DNA from: a virus
Taxonomy: Duplodnaviria > Heunggongvirae > Uroviricota > Caudoviricetes
IMG/VR virus record: IMGVR_UViG_3300025602_000002
Location: 38,718-102,717 of that record
DNA: 64,000 bases
Direction: 5' to 3' (one strand)
Shown here piece by piece: positions 55,997-64,000 of the stretch. The translations under genes were made by a program, and so were the position numbers. The stretch's first letter is position 1. Each line of letters opens with the position of its first letter. The notes under the pieces were generated by a model. It saw nothing but the letters and a program-made list of their open reading frames with translations, was not told the origin of the DNA and made no database searches.

Positions 55997-56788
55997 TTAT
56001 TTAGTTAATGGTACTAATAATTCTGCTAAGTCTTCAGCATTTATGGCTGGAGGCTCTGTCGCAGGCGCTTTAGGAGAACCCCAAGCACTGAAAAATCCGT
56101 CTGGGTGATGGAACCAGTCTGGCAAATATTCTTTTAAATGATTACCCACATGTATTTCTGGAGAACCATTGCAGCGTTTCACACTTAGATTGTTTCCATC
56201 TTCATAAATTACAAAAAGAGCCCCACGTCTAAATAGATGGGTGCCTGTATACTTACTTTTTGAATTTTTTAAAATAGCAATTTTGTCATAAACTGTATTA
56301 GCTAATTTAGCTTCTGTCTTAGCTAACATTCTAGTTTTATAGTCTAATAACATACCACCGATTACAGGATACCAAAGTTGAACGAACTCGGCGTCGTCGG
56401 GACATTCTAGTCGTAAGAATTTCCATACATCCCAAATTCCTAAATAATCAGCTTTTTCTATATAATGATATATGTGTCCGTAGCGCTCTAATCCTTTTAG
56501 TAATAAATTTAATTTACTATAGGCGCTATTATATTCTCGGTTATTGAGAGTATTCAAAAGTTCTGTAAACGCAGCTCCTGTAAGTTCCCCAGATTTACCA
56601 TCCCCCTTCATACCTTTTCCGTTAGCCCATATATCTATAGCTATATCTTCTTCTTTTAAACCTTCTCCATCCCAATTTGCTGGTACAAAAATTATGTCAC
56701 TGTAATCCAACTCAGGATAGTGTAATAACAGCAACGCTAAACAACAAGAGTTATCTAAATCTACGTGCTGATGAGTATAAATCTTCAT
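55997..56788 (-). CDS. DHH-like phosphoesterase-related protein
   Basis: N-terminal IYTHQHVDLD; C-terminal WFHHPDGF. Confidence 0.45.
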   Translation of the reverse strand: MKIYTHQHVDLDNSCCLALLLLHYPELDYSDIIFVPANWDGEGLKEEDIAIDIWANGKGMKGDGKSGELTGAAFTELLNTLNNREYNSAYSKLNLLLKGLERYGHIYHYIEKADYLGIWDVWKFLRLECPDDAEFVQLWYPVIGGMLLDYKTRMLAKTEAKLANTVYDKIAILKNSKSKYTGTHLFRRGALFVIYEDGNNLSVKRCNGSPEIHVGNHLKEYLPDWFHHPDGFFSAWGSPKAPATEPPAINAEDLAELLVPLTK

Positions 56789-56798
56789 TCTAACCTTT

Positions 56799-57050
56799 CT
56801 AAAATTTATTTAATAGATATCTCTGAACCCAGAGACTAAAATCTTTTACGATGTACTTTCTACGATCCTCTTTTGTATCAAAATCTAAGCAATCAGCTGC
56901 AGCAAGCATACTATATAAAGCTTGTTTTATTGTTTCCAATAGGTCGTGTTTTTTAACATCTAAAGGACCTTTTTGGGTTCCTTCAAGAATGTTAGTTACA
57001 TCGTCAATTATTTCTTTGACTTCTTTTGGTATCTTGGACGTTGAAAACAT
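56799..57050 (-). CDS. Hypothetical protein
   Basis: 83 aa with GGAG RBS. Confidence 0.55.
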   Translation of the reverse strand: MFSTSKIPKEVKEIIDDVTNILEGTQKGPLDVKKHDLLETIKQALYSMLAAADCLDFDTKEDRRKYIVKDFSLWVQRYLLNKF

Positions 57051-57487
57051 AATTGTTCTCCTTTAGTCGATGAAGGTATGTGATCTTTTGGATTATGCGT
57101 AAACGCCATATGCCAGCCCTCTTTACCTAATTTCTTTAATTGAGCTACTGTAAAATCTTTGATAGGAAGTTGCATCCATTCCCAAGTACATTTTCTTAGC
57201 TCAAGATTCATTATTTCTTGTACAGTTTTCTCTGTACCCTCAGTGCTATTCAAAATTCGAACTTCCTTTATAACAGGAATTTCCTTTTCAACTATTCTTT
57301 CTTCAAATATTAATTTGATCCCTGTATCCGCATATTCTTTAGTAGCTTTTTTAGCTGAAGTGCTTAAGGGTTTTTTTTCAGCCTCTTTATTTGAGGCTTT
57401 AAAGGTATCCATCGTTAGGCCGGCCCGCTTGTCCTCTACGGTCATACCGGCTGCCATTTCCGCCTTACTTCTTCTAATTCTAGTCAT
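57008..57487 (-). CDS. Hypothetical protein with DUF4177-like C-terminus
   Basis: Likely start MTRIRRS at 57487; WEW...LGKEGW...CFQRP. Confidence 0.55.
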   Translation of the reverse strand: MTRIRRSKAEMAAGMTVEDKRAGLTMDTFKASNKEAEKKPLSTSAKKATKEYADTGIKLIFEERIVEKEIPVIKEVRILNSTEGTEKTVQEIMNLELRKCTWEWMQLPIKDFTVAQLKKLGKEGWHMAFTHNPKDHIPSSTKGEQLCFQRPRYQKKSKK

Positions 57488-57764
57488 CTTTTTCTTTGGT
57501 TTGTTCCTCGTTATCCTCAACAGTTTCCTCTACTTCTGAAGGTATCTCTTTTGGATTTTCTTGAACTTCTTCTTGAGGCTCAACTATATCTGCTTCAGGT
57601 ATTAGCTCAAAAATAATAACATTATTTTCATCTATTACTAACACTTTTCCAGTTTCTGAAGTTAAAGCAAAAAGTTCTAAACGCTCTTCCAAAGTAGCTG
57701 GCAATCTTACCGCAGCTCCTTGAAACAATATTTTAAATTTTTGATCATTAATTTCTGCAAACAT
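57480..57764 (-). CDS. Hypothetical acidic protein
   Basis: 94-aa ORF. Confidence 0.55.
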   Translation of the reverse strand: MFAEINDQKFKILFQGAAVRLPATLEERLELFALTSETGKVLVIDENNVIIFELIPEADIVEPQEEVQENPKEIPSEVEETVEDNEEQTKEKDD

Positions 57765-57782
57765 ACTTACGAATCCTTTTCT

Positions 57783-58145
57783 TTATTTAGATTTCTTTGT
57801 AGATTTCTTTGAAAGTACTTTTGCTTTTGTAACAACTTCTAGGCTCTTCATATGCCCTTCCAGCAATTCTTCTGTACTATAAAAACTTCCGCAATTAGCG
57901 CATATATTTCCTACAGGCATTGGATTAAGGGCTGGTGCTCCATGAGGGTTCTTGGGGTGCACCGCTGGTATAAATGCAAAAGAAATCCCTTGAAAAAATA
58001 CTGTAGAACCTTTACATTCTTTAGTTAAACACTGCAATAGTGCAAACGTTTCTTCTGTAGATTTTTCTTTTGTATCTGGATCTTTGGATTTATCTTTTTT
58101 AGGTTTAGAAACTACATTACCGTTCATATCTAGTATTTCTGCCAT
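57783..58145 (-). CDS. Putative Zn-binding protein
   Basis: CxxxxC ... CxxC. Confidence 0.55.
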   Translation of the reverse strand: MAEILDMNGNVVSKPKKDKSKDPDTKEKSTEETFALLQCLTKECKGSTVFFQGISFAFIPAVHPKNPHGAPALNPMPVGNICANCGSFYSTEELLEGHMKSLEVVTKAKVLSKKSTKKSK

Positions 58146-58180
58146 AATTTGTTTTTTTCCTTATTTGGTTAATTCGGGTG

Positions 58181-58551
58181 TGGAGGTGGGGAGAATCGAA
58201 CTCCCGTCTTAACATGGTCCATATCAGGTCATTCACATGCTTAGTCTAGTTTGCTAGTTAAGGTCATCATTCTTGACAAATTGTACCTCGCTCCTTTAAT
58301 GTTTGTCGTAACCCCCGTAAGTCGTTTGGGACGGTGCGTCTGGATTATTCGTCCCACAACACTTGGACTATCCGATAAATGATGCCTATTTAACTATCGG
58401 AGTCAATAAATAGACATTAACGAAATCGTAGAGGTTAGTCTACGCCGCTAATTTAACTGCTGGTCTGCCAGTTATTTTGTTTTGATTGCTTAGCCAATCA
58501 CTCTGCGTGCACCTGTATACTTGTCCATACTAATCGAAACCGGGCACCCCC
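58181..58551 (-). ncRNA. ssrA: tmRNA, tag (A)GRPAVKLAA
   Basis: 5' GGGGGTG...TTCGA; AAAATAACT then GGC AGA CCA GCA GTT AAA TTA GCG GCG TAG; 3' GGGAGTTCGATTCTCCCCACCTCCA; G3-U70 pair; CCA not encoded. Confidence 0.92.
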
Positions 58552-58566
58552 ACTGAAATTTTGTTG

Positions 58567-58896
58567 TTATTCGCCTAATAGTTTATTTTCTATAATCTCA
58601 TACAATTCTTCTTGAGTCATAGTTCCGACATGAATCGTAACAAACTTATTAGGATTAACAAAGTAAAATGCTGGAACTCCTCTAATTGCAAATTCTTGAG
58701 AAGTTTTAGATTCTTTATCTACATCAACTTTATAGAAATCTATTCTATCGCCATAGACTTTTGCTGCTTCGGCAAATATTGGACCCATTACTTTACAAGG
58801 TGGACACCATTCTGCCCAAAAATCAACGATAGCAGGCTTTGTTCCTTCGTATTCTATGCGGCCCTGATCGTCTATTTTAAAATTTTTTAAATTCAT
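58567..58896 (-). CDS. trxA: Thioredoxin
   Basis: VDFWAEWCPPCK, IRGVP. Confidence 0.92.
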   Translation of the reverse strand: MNLKNFKIDDQGRIEYEGTKPAIVDFWAEWCPPCKVMGPIFAEAAKVYGDRIDFYKVDVDKESKTSQEFAIRGVPAFYFVNPNKFVTIHVGTMTQEELYEIIENKLLGE

Positions 58897-58955
58897 TTTT
58901 TGTTATTTGATTATTTTAGAGACTGCCCGAAGACAGCCTCTTAAATTTTTTGGAT

Positions 58956-59252
58956 TTAGTCTTCGTCACCAATTTTTCCGTCACCATTGATGTCAACTCC
59001 AGTTAACTTTTCAATGTTTTCAATTAAGGTGGAAGCTTCTTTTATCTTATCATTAAATAACCCAATTCGAGAGGTATTTGCAGTTATTTTTTTCTGATAA
59101 GCTAAATTAGTTTTATCTAAGCTTTCCATAGCTTTTCCAAGCTTCTGTGCTCCAGATCTTAATTTACTGATCAGACTATCAAAGTTACTGAAAACTCTTG
59201 CAATTTGTCGTTTTCCTAAATAGCTTTGTAGCCATCCTGGTAAAAAGTTCAT
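58956..59252 (-). CDS. Coiled-coil protein with C-terminal DxNxDG motif
   Basis: Ends GVDINGDGKIGDED. Confidence 0.55.
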   Translation of the reverse strand: MNFLPGWLQSYLGKRQIARVFSNFDSLISKLRSGAQKLGKAMESLDKTNLAYQKKITANTSRIGLFNDKIKEASTLIENIEKLTGVDINGDGKIGDED

Positions 59253-59280
59253 ACTTTTTCCTTTAATTTTCTGTTGATAA

Positions 59281-59844
59281 TTATAAGCTTTTCCATAAAT
59301 TCAACACTAATTTTAGATCTTTTATTAATAAATCTTCTATCGCTGAATCTTCTAGTGCTTTATATGGGTCAATAATTCCTATAAATTTAATTCCTCCTGA
59401 TATATCAAGAATCTTACCATGCTCCCTGTATAATACATAAGAGTGTGGTTTGCTTAAATAATTACAAATTATATTTCCAATACCAACTATTATTTTCGGG
59501 TGCACCACATACTTAACTTGCGTTACTAGATGTGGTAAACAGTTATCTATTTCCCAAGGAAACGGATCTCTTGCGTTAAATGGATTACACTTAACTATGT
59601 TTGTGAAATAGCATACATCCTCAGATATAGGCGTATCTTTTATTAATCTTCTTAATAATTTTCCACTTTTTCCTACATAAGGAATTTGCTTCTTTTCTTC
59701 ACTTTCTCCAGGGCACTCTCCCACAAATAAAATATCTGCAGGGGTTTCCCCTGAACCGATCACAACTTGCTCTCTATGCTGATGTAAATCACACTTTTCG
59801 CAAGTTAAAAGATTTGTTTCAAAATCAACTTTTAAGACTGGCAT
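59281..59844 (-). CDS. udg: Uracil-DNA glycosylase, family 4
   Basis: CEKCDL, FVGECPG...E, YVGKSGKLL, TNIVKCNP, EIDNC. Confidence 0.85.
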   Translation of the reverse strand: MPVLKVDFETNLLTCEKCDLHQHREQVVIGSGETPADILFVGECPGESEEKKQIPYVGKSGKLLRRLIKDTPISEDVCYFTNIVKCNPFNARDPFPWEIDNCLPHLVTQVKYVVHPKIIVGIGNIICNYLSKPHSYVLYREHGKILDISGGIKFIGIIDPYKALEDSAIEDLLIKDLKLVLNLWKSL

Positions 59845-60134
59845 TTTGTAGAAAACTTTTGTTCAATCCAACTAAATAGCGGACTAGGTTTTCCAAATCC
59901 CCCAATAAAATCTCCTACAGTAGCCAGGCCGATGCCAGCTAAAGCTCCTAGTAAAAAGATATGATATATGCTAATTACTAGGAGTTCGAAGAATAAAGCA
60001 AAAAAGAAAGCTATTACCCAAAAAATTATTCTACTGTCTATAGTTTTTCTTGGATTTTTTTGCATCTTTTTTTCCAGTCTTTGGAGCTTGTCGTTTAGTT
60101 GGGGCGGGAGCTTTATATTTAACTTGTTTGTCAT
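59832..60134 (-). CDS. Membrane protein (2 TM)
   Basis: Two hydrophobic segments. Confidence 0.55.
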   Translation of the reverse strand: MTNKLNIKLPPQLNDKLQRLEKKMQKNPRKTIDSRIIFWVIAFFFALFFELLVISIYHIFLLGALAGIGLATVGDFIGGFGKPSPLFSWIEQKFSTKCQS

Positions 60135-60252
60135 TTACCCAAATCCACCCACGTTTTCGTGACTTTGATACTTGTCGAGCGCTAATTGTTGCTCGAAATT
60201 TTTTGCTTACTTCTATTGCTAGTTCAGCATTTGTTTGTCTTAGTTTTGCCAT
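60031..60252 (-). CDS. Small basic protein
   Basis: 73 aa, Lys/Arg-rich. Confidence 0.5.
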   Translation of the reverse strand: MAKLRQTNAELAIEVSKKFRATISARQVSKSRKRGWIWVNDKQVKYKAPAPTKRQAPKTGKKDAKKSKKNYRQ

Positions 60253-60572
60253 TAAGTAGCATTACCTCCTTGAGGTGTAACTGTGACATCAGTATATTTT
60301 TTTCTTGCTTTTCTACAATGTGTAAAAAATGAAGTCCAAATCTCTTGTCGCATTACTTTGGTTATCTCGTCGTGTTCTTTTAAGGCATTTTTAATCGCAT
60401 ATCTGCGGCCTTCTATTCTATTGTCTAAATCAGTGATATTCTGGACAGCCTCTCCCCATAATTCTGGAAAGCGGGCATCTTCATCAGTGATTTCTACAGA
60501 TGTCTTCCTCACAATAGGTACAGCTTTGCTGTGAGTTTCTTCCCGTTGTGAATGAAATCTTAACTTTATCAT
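60252..60572 (-). CDS. Hypothetical phage protein
   Basis: 106 aa; DLDNRIEGRRYA. Confidence 0.55.
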   Translation of the reverse strand: MIKLRFHSQREETHSKAVPIVRKTSVEITDEDARFPELWGEAVQNITDLDNRIEGRRYAIKNALKEHDEITKVMRQEIWTSFFTHCRKARKKYTDVTVTPQGGNAT

Positions 60573-60659
60573 TGTGCGTTCCTTGTAACCCCTTTCGTGA
60601 TTACATGTTTTTTTTGTTAATTAAAATAATTGCTTATAATATATCCATTGCTAGAGTTC

Positions 60660-61028
60660 TTATACCAAATGTATGAAGGTTTTAACACCTAGAGATCTAG
60701 CTAATCCCCCTAGTTTGATAGGATTCATAACTTTGTTATGTACAAAATATAATAAACAATCTGAGTGTTCTAACATTAGAACATCTCTTTTGTATCCTGC
60801 GCTTGTATCAAAATAATTATGAGAAGTACTCCTCCATCGTGGATATAACCGAAGGTAATTAATTCCACGTCGTGCTGCGTATTCCGCGATATCTTTTGAA
60901 CTCTTTAAATTTCCCATTATTAAAAGCTGGGATAATTTAAACTTAGAGCTCTTAAACGCTTTTTCAATAGTTTCCATAGGGATCCTTTCAGTTAAAAACC
61001 GTTGAGATCCCGCTACTGTTATTATCAC
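60660..61028 (-). CDS. SLOG/YspA-like (DUF2493) protein
   Basis: IITVAGSQ...AGYKRDVLMLEHSD. Confidence 0.5.
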   Translation of the reverse strand: MIITVAGSQRFLTERIPMETIEKAFKSSKFKLSQLLIMGNLKSSKDIAEYAARRGINYLRLYPRWRSTSHNYFDTSAGYKRDVLMLEHSDCLLYFVHNKVMNPIKLGGLARSLGVKTFIHLV

Positions 61029-61058
61029 TTAGTTTTACCGGTTATAGGTTTAAGTTTG

Positions 61059-61131
61059 TACCCCAGGAGGGAGTTGAACCCCCGACCTCTTCGTTCGTAG
61101 CGAAGTGCTCTTCCATCTGAGCTACTGAGGC
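61059..61131 (-). tRNA. tRNA-Arg(ACG), CCA not encoded
   Basis: Anticodon arm CTTCG-CTACGAA-CGAAG; T loop TTCAACT. Confidence 0.9.
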
Positions 61132-61140
61132 AAAGTTATT

Positions 61141-61280
61141 GGTACTGGCCTGATCTACACTTAGGGTCCACGCCTATGCCATGCTTCGACCACGTTGATA
61201 ATACGTCCAGTTTCCTGGGGGCGTCACCACACGTTTTACGCTGCTCCAGCTGTTTTCAGTCCCCTAATTCGGGGAATACC
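61141..61280 (-). ncRNA. Unidentified ~140-nt structured RNA between two tRNAs
   Basis: Ends pair (GGTATT/AGTACC); hairpins TCCCC/GGGGA, CTG-AAAA-CAG, CCAG-GAAA-CTGG. Confidence 0.5.
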
Positions 61281-61294
61281 AATAATGTTTTGTG

Positions 61295-61380
61295 AGGAGG
61301 GAATGAGACTTGAACTCATGCTGGGTTTCCCCGGGCCTCGATTTAGCAAACCGGCACATTACCGACTCTGTCACCCCTCC
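61295..61380 (-). tRNA. tRNA-Ser(GCT), CCA not encoded
   Basis: Anticodon loop TTGCTAA, long variable arm, T arm ATGAG-TTCAAGT-CTCAT. Confidence 0.85.
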
Positions 61381-61387
61381 TTACTTC

Positions 61388-61672
61388 TTAAATTCTTTTC
61401 CATTCTCCATTATCATTATATAGTTCTGCAGAATATGTAAACCCTCTACCTTTTAAATAGGAGTTAGTTCTGGCCCAAACATTTTTCCCTGAAACTATAA
61501 TTTTAAATAAAGGTTCGTCGACTGTTTTAAGGTCACTTAGTGATATATAAAATAGTCCCCCATCTCTGACATCGTCTATACCCTCTTGTCTTCCTAGGGG
61601 GCTGTCTAATACAGGATCGTCAAACACCTGTCCAACTCCCCAAAATGGTGGATTTATACTAAATAGTAACAT
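61388..61672 (-). CDS. Hypothetical protein
   Basis: 94-aa ORF. Confidence 0.55.
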   Translation of the reverse strand: MLLFSINPPFWGVGQVFDDPVLDSPLGRQEGIDDVRDGGLFYISLSDLKTVDEPLFKIIVSGKNVWARTNSYLKGRGFTYSAELYNDNGEWKRI

Positions 61673-61677
61673 AATAT

Positions 61678-62130
61678 TTATTTCTTAATGGTTAGGGTGT
61701 TTATCTCTTCTACTACTTCTTTAAATATAGGTATGTCTAAGTATATTTCTCGATATTTACGATGAAACGCCCCATAACCCTCAAGAGTTTGTATACTGTC
61801 CATTGGGAATGAACTTTTAAGCATAACTGGTCGCGTTTTATCTGACATATCCTGCAAAATGTATAAGACTTTATTACCAAACAGGTCAACCTTAACTTTA
61901 TTTTCAAATCCATCGGCTATAGCTTTATTAAATAAATCTATAATATCTTTAGTACGGCCATACCAGTCATTAATTTGTATCCGTTTTTCCATGACCCATA
62001 ACCAAATTATATACTCCTTATGCGTCCCAAATTCTTTTCTATAAGTTTTATGGTTGCTTGCATATAGCTTTTGAAAAGTATAACCCTTTCCTTTTAATTC
62101 ACGTTCTGGTATTGTATAATGAAATATCAT
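61678..62130 (-). CDS. Hypothetical protein
   Basis: 150 aa with AGGAAG RBS. Confidence 0.6.
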   Translation of the reverse strand: MIFHYTIPERELKGKGYTFQKLYASNHKTYRKEFGTHKEYIIWLWVMEKRIQINDWYGRTKDIIDLFNKAIADGFENKVKVDLFGNKVLYILQDMSDKTRPVMLKSSFPMDSIQTLEGYGAFHRKYREIYLDIPIFKEVVEEINTLTIKK

Positions 62131-62151
62131 ATACTTCCTTTTTTTATTGTG

Positions 62152-62224
62152 TACCCCCGACAGGACTCGAACCTACATAACCCGGGGTAGAATCCCGGTG
62201 CTATTCCATTTCAGCTACGGAGGC
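62152..62224 (-). tRNA. tRNA-Arg(TCT), CCA not encoded
   Basis: Anticodon arm CCGGG-ATTCTAC-CCCGG; T loop TTCGAGT. Confidence 0.85.
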
Positions 62225-62232
62225 ATAAACCT

Positions 62233-62472
62233 TTACAGTTTTCTGTTTTTTAATCCCTCTATTACTTGCGCTTCCGTTATAAAAAAGAAGGGCATTTTCT
62301 TTTGTCCCATAACTACTCCATAATCTGGATTAGCTCCAGGATAAGCTCTTTTTAGTTTAGCTTCAAATTGTTTATACATAAGAGCGCCAAATGGATTTAA
62401 GAGTTTATCTATATCAACTTCTTCTTTCCAGCTTGTACGTCCATTAGTCCCTTCATTCACAACCATATACAT
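62233..62472 (-). CDS. Hypothetical protein
   Basis: 79-aa ORF. Confidence 0.5.
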   Translation of the reverse strand: MYMVVNEGTNGRTSWKEEVDIDKLLNPFGALMYKQFEAKLKRAYPGANPDYGVVMGQKKMPFFFITEAQVIEGLKNRKL

Positions 62473-62735
62473 TATAAAGGTAGTATGGTTATGATTTTAA
62501 GAGTTGATGGGGTTACTTTTCCGAAGTATGCTTTTACTGTTAAACTTCCATCTTTCAAGTGATAGTATGATTCTGGAATATATCTAAAAGTGTGAGTTAA
62601 ATCGAACACTATGTCTTTTCCCACTTTACAGTATAAAAATGAATCTCTCCTATCACCAGGAGTTTCAATTTTAAATACTGTTCCTGAAGCTAAGCTTTCG
62701 ACAAGCTCAAACCCTTTTAATTCTGGTTGTGTCAT
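62472..62735 (-). CDS. Hypothetical protein
   Basis: 87-aa ORF. Confidence 0.5.
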   Translation of the reverse strand: MTQPELKGFELVESLASGTVFKIETPGDRRDSFLYCKVGKDIVFDLTHTFRYIPESYYHLKDGSLTVKAYFGKVTPSTLKIITILPL

Positions 62736-62797
62736 TTAGTTTCCTCTTTCATTTCGTTGTATCCATCCCATAAATTTGGCGATTAGTTTATTAGTTT

Positions 62798-63019
62798 CTA
62801 CATACATGGGAATAACTGATTATACATAGCCCTATAAGCTTCTTCTGGAATTGTTTCCTCTACGCTACTCTTATCTTCTTCCATAAATATGGAAGCGCTA
62901 ATTATTTTTCTAGTTATTGCTTCATTAAAACATTCGTCGCAAATATACCCATGTATAGCGTTAAGCCTGTTACATAGTATATTATCGCAACCCCTTCTAT
63001 CACATTCATTTACACCCAT
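62798..63019 (-). CDS. Small Cys-rich protein
   Basis: CDRRGC...C...CDEC. Confidence 0.55.
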   Translation of the reverse strand: MGVNECDRRGCDNILCNRLNAIHGYICDECFNEAITRKIISASIFMEEDKSSVEETIPEEAYRAMYNQLFPCM

Positions 63020-63309
63020 TACTCTTCTTCCGCATCCGTTATAAAAGTATTCCAGTCATCCTGAAAGTGGTCATCATCTTTTTCATAAATTCTTTCAAAA
63101 CGGTCCACCATTTCTCCACGTATAGAGCTCTCATCCATATGATCATAAGCCTTTAAAGCCAAGCGCTCTCTATTTTCTTCTGTGTTTTCGATTTTAGACG
63201 GAATGTTAGCCTCGTCTATACTTTTTTCAGATAGGTGATGAAATATGTCTCCAAAACTATCTTGCGTTTTTAAAAAGTTTCTAATTTGATTTATATTATA
63301 TGTTTTCAT
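63019..63309 (-). CDS. Hypothetical acidic protein
   Basis: 96-aa ORF. Confidence 0.5.
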   Translation of the reverse strand: MKTYNINQIRNFLKTQDSFGDIFHHLSEKSIDEANIPSKIENTEENRERLALKAYDHMDESSIRGEMVDRFERIYEKDDDHFQDDWNTFITDAEEE

Positions 63310-63315
63310 AGTTGT

Positions 63316-63867
63316 CTATATCTCCCTTATTGATCCTGGTATGACTCTCCATACATCCTCTATAAATATGTCATTATGGTCGTCACCGTCGTTGTGATCA
63401 TTATCGTTGTGGTCGTCACCATCATTATGATCATCCCAGTCGTCATGATCGTTTCCTCCATGGTCGTTTTTATCGCGATTGTCATGTCTTCGTTTTTTAG
63501 ACCCATGGTCATCCTGTTCTTCACAGGAAAGATTCTCTAACAGCACTTCTACAGATCTATAATAGTCTCCTACGTATACAGTACTTATAGCTTTTTTGTT
63601 ACATTCATCTATGTCTATAAATTCTACGCTAGTAAGAATACCGTCCGTACCCTCTAATCCATAGTCAGCAATAACTTGCTCAACCATTCTAATTTTAGAT
63701 AGGGCTTTCCAGTACGCTACTTGAGCTGCCGCGCTTCTACTTGCTATTGTGGTTTCCAGTGTGACTGTACTATATAAAAAGATTACTATTAGTCCCACTA
63801 TAAATGAAACTGCAAGTACAGTTATAGCGAATACAAATCCTTTTTCATCTTTATCTTTTGGTATCAT
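63316..63867 (-). CDS. PilX/GspK-like minor-pilin-type protein with His/Asp-rich repeat tail
   Basis: Start moved to ATG 63867 because the track start lies inside a tRNA; KG|FVFAITVLAVSFIVGLIVIFL...AQVAYWKA; tail with DDHND repeats. Confidence 0.55.
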   Translation of the reverse strand: MIPKDKDEKGFVFAITVLAVSFIVGLIVIFLYSTVTLETTIASRSAAAQVAYWKALSKIRMVEQVIADYGLEGTDGILTSVEFIDIDECNKKAISTVYVGDYYRSVEVLLENLSCEEQDDHGSKKRRHDNRDKNDHGGNDHDDWDDHNDGDDHNDNDHNDGDDHNDIFIEDVWRVIPGSIREI

Positions 63868-63887
63868 TGTTTTCCTTTTATTATTTG

Positions 63888-63961
63888 CAACCCCGGTCAG
63901 ATTCGAACTGACGAATACCGCCGTCAAAGGGCGGTGTGTTAGACCACTTCACCACGAGGCA
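63888..63961 (-). tRNA. tRNA-Gln(TTG), CCA not encoded
   Basis: Anticodon arm CCGCC-CTTTGAC-GGCGG; T arm GTCAG-TTCGAAT-CTGAC. Confidence 0.88.
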
Positions 63962-64000
63962 TTAGTTGAAAAGACCTATGAAGGCTTTTTTACGCTATGA

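Noticed and set aside
61195-61440. Track ORF 61195..61440(+)
   Set aside because: Antisense to tRNA-Ser and the putative ncRNA.
63868-64000. Track start 63927 and ORF 63749..64000(+)
   Set aside because: Both overlap tRNA-Gln; the CDS more plausibly starts at 63867.

Overview
AT-rich fragment of a large tailed (jumbo-type, probably myovirus) bacteriophage genome. The supplied standard-code ORF track is misleading: on the + strand about 70 in-frame TGA codons (hand count, 17 genes) split real genes. Reading TGA as Trp restores full-length, tightly coupled genes ending in TAA/TAG: tape measure, baseplate and tail proteins, a 1301-aa collagen fibre, a sigma-70-like factor, a single 2019-aa fused beta/beta-prime RNA polymerase, and PhoH. 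The minus-strand genes (primase, CCA enzyme, peptide deformylase, helicase, glycosyltransferases, retron-like RT, UDG, thioredoxin) and the + strand lysis/portal block use only TGG. Two minus-strand genes appear to use TGA as stop, so two codes seem to coexist. An atypical 97-nt tRNA with a UCA anticodon lies in the lysis block. Also present: tmRNA, four CCA-less tRNAs, an unidentified ~140-nt structured RNA, a Salactin/volactin-like actin next to the portal, an intein starting with Lys, a -1 frameshift tail chaperone, and a 1.4-kb GC-rich non-coding island with 29 palindromic hexamers (25 different) in 412 bp. All family assignments come from motif recognition, not database searches.
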